A DNA stretch of 64,000 bases from an uncultured Acidobacteriota bacterium (GTDB lineage Bacteria > Acidobacteriota > UBA6911), in contig CAWEJX010000001.1 of the NCBI GenBank assembly GCA_963809485.1, positions 224,001 through 288,000 on the forward strand, read 5' to 3'. Under the pieces are notes generated by a model. That model was not told where the DNA came from. It was given only the letters and a program-made list of their open reading frames with translations, and did not search any database. Below are positions 61,847 to 64,000 of this stretch, in pieces (position 1 is the stretch's first letter; the number at the start of each line of letters is the position of its first letter). Position numbers and translations under genes: made by a program.

Positions 61847-62039
61847 CTAGGAAAACTTTTTGCGAAAGGATTATGGTTCATCAGCGCTTCTGTCACCGTA
61901 TGCCAGCGCTACCGGATCCTGGAGCAGTCAAAATCTGCGAGATGCACGACAAAAATTCACATCGGGAAACCGTGATTTCGTGTCGGTTTTCTTTTATAGT
62001 TGAATCGGCAATTTCGCGGGGGCCAAAGAATTCCTTACT

Positions 62040-62444
62040 ATGAAGAACTGGATCTGGCGCTGGGGCCCGGCAATTTTGGTGATGTCCATAATTTTTCTGG
62101 CATCATCCACTCCTAAGTCGGAGTTGCCGGATTTCGGATTTTGGGATGCTTTCGCCAAAAAAGGGGGGCATATGGCAGGGTATGCGCTGCTGGCCGCGGC
62201 CCTTTTCCACGCCCTTAGCAAAAACCGGACCATGGAACGGTCCCCATTTTTTCTGGCGGCAGTCTTTGCGGTTTTATATGCCATCTCCGACGAGTGGCAT
62301 CAAAAATTCATCCCCGGGAGATCAGCCTCTGTTTGGGATGTGGCGATAGACGCAGCCGGAATCATACTGGGGCTTGCCTTCTTGCGGGCGATCCGGGCTC
62401 ATCTGCCCTTGACCCGAAAAACCACTGGAACAATAAGGGATTAG
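62040..62444 (+). CDS. VanZ family membrane protein
   Basis: IIFLASS, KKGGHMAGY, YAISDEWHQ.FIPGRSAS.WDVAID. Confidence 0.88.
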   Translation: MKNWIWRWGPAILVMSIIFLASSTPKSELPDFGFWDAFAKKGGHMAGYALLAAALFHALSKNRTMERSPFFLAAVFAVLYAISDEWHQKFIPGRSASVWDVAIDAAGIILGLAFLRAIRAHLPLTRKTTGTIRD

Positions 62445-62577
62445 GCCGTATCGCTCACGGGTTTCTGCCATGCCGGTTCCGGAGGGCATGGAAACTCAAT
62501 ACTGAAGATCGCAGGTCTCAGGCCGGCCTCAAAATACCAGCTCAGCCACAAACCTCAGTGCAAAATCCTCCCGGGAA

Positions 62578-62790
62578 GTCAACCACCTCCGGCAGAGCCG
62601 GAGACTTGATTGTTTGCAGCTCAAAGCGGCTGGATGAGCTAAGCTGCCTTTAACCGATGACTTACGCTGGCAGAAGCCGACCGTTGTCAAATGGATCAGC
62701 CTTGGTCAGCGTTATGTCAGTGTATGTCGGCGTTCAATGATCCTGGGACTGTCAAACTCCGGAGTCCCCCAGCAGAGCTGGAAGGTTATC
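62578..62790 (-). mobile_element. Non-autonomous IS200/IS605-end element, copy B (~210 bp)
   Basis: Reverse complement reads TAACCTTCCAGCTCTGCTGGGGGACTCCGGAGTTTGACAG ... CCGCTTTGAGC ... TCTCCGGCTCTGCCGGAGG-TGGT-TGAC, collinear with copy A. Confidence 0.7.
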
Positions 62791-62882
62791 AGCTTATTCA
62801 GTATCGGGACTACCCGATTCGCCTGGCCTCTTTTCCCCGCTACGCGCGAACCTGGCTCCAGGCTTAATATCGAGCGGCTTTG

Positions 62883-63416
62883 CTACGGATTCTTCCGCAC
62901 ACTCTCCTTGGCTGAATCTATGGGAACAATCGGCCGAGGCTCCGCATGGACCGATAGCCTGGATATGAACTGCTCGAGCTCCTGGACGAGCCGGCTGCAT
63001 TCCAGCTCTTTCTCCTTCAGAATCAGCTCCCGCCGGGTAAATTCCTTCTCCAACGTCTCCAGTTTCAGCCGGTTTTCCGCTTCAAGCGCTCTCAGCTCTT
63101 CAGCAAGTGTCCGCTTTGCCTGCTGCTGTTCGACCGCCCATTTCTGCCTGTACTCCTCTTCCTCCCGCTGCCGCCGGAGCCTGAGATTCTCCTGGTAATC
63201 CCTGTCCTCCTGAGCCCGCCGTCTTTTTTCCTCCTCCCAGTGATTATGCTGGTTTTCCATAAGGCTCTCAAAGCGCTCTTGCTGCAGCCGCTGATCCTCC
63301 TTGAGCTGTTCCACAGCCTCCTTGATTTTGCGGGACAAATTCGAAAGCGTTTCCATCATTTCAGCGCTCAGGCGCAGAAAACGATCCAGGTTGAGGGAAA
63401 TATTTTCAGAGTCCAT
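62883..63416 (-). CDS. Coiled-coil hypothetical protein
   Basis: E/Q/R/K-rich heptads (WEEEKRRRAQEDRDYQENLRLRRQREEEEY). GGAG before ATG 63416. Confidence 0.7.
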   Translation of the reverse strand: MDSENISLNLDRFLRLSAEMMETLSNLSRKIKEAVEQLKEDQRLQQERFESLMENQHNHWEEEKRRRAQEDRDYQENLRLRRQREEEEYRQKWAVEQQQAKRTLAEELRALEAENRLKLETLEKEFTRRELILKEKELECSRLVQELEQFISRLSVHAEPRPIVPIDSAKESVRKNP

Positions 63417-63492
63417 GAGTAGCTCCGGCATGCCCGGCAAGGGAGCCGCCCGCATCCTCCACAAGGCCAATTCCTTGCCGAAAGGTACTTGA

Positions 63493-64000
<508 letters not shown>

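Overview
This 64 kb bacterial chromosomal window is moderately GC-rich and probably from Acidobacteriota (inferred from the Acidobacterial-type VWA protein and the ECF/FecR anti-sigma/ABC module). It carries many housekeeping genes: hflX, mpl, pgsA, uvrC, suhB, lolA, lspA, hsp20-clpB-htpX-grpE, nuoF, ruvC-yebC, pyrE-truA-uppS-cdsA-dxr-rseP, an RsbW/RsbV pair and the 5' part of ligA. It also holds two intact IS elements (IS4 and IS1634 families). Main observations: (1) two annotated ORFs (7293-7808, 7827-9161) are most likely one exported selenoprotein, with an in-frame UGA in a U-x-x-C motif followed by a hairpin. (2) Three diverged copies of a ~210 bp non-coding element have IS200/IS605-like hairpin ends; two abut stop codons and one carries a nested long hairpin insert. 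(3) At least six intergenic elements consist of inverted heptamer arrays, and several start exactly at stop codons. (4) An ABC permease carries an apparently circularly permuted discoidin/CBM32 domain nested in a BamE-like domain. (5) There are two single-base frameshifts, two gene remnants and a 244 bp microhomology-bounded tandem duplication. I recognised no rRNA, tRNA or CRISPR array. Family assignments come from motif recognition only; no database searches were run.
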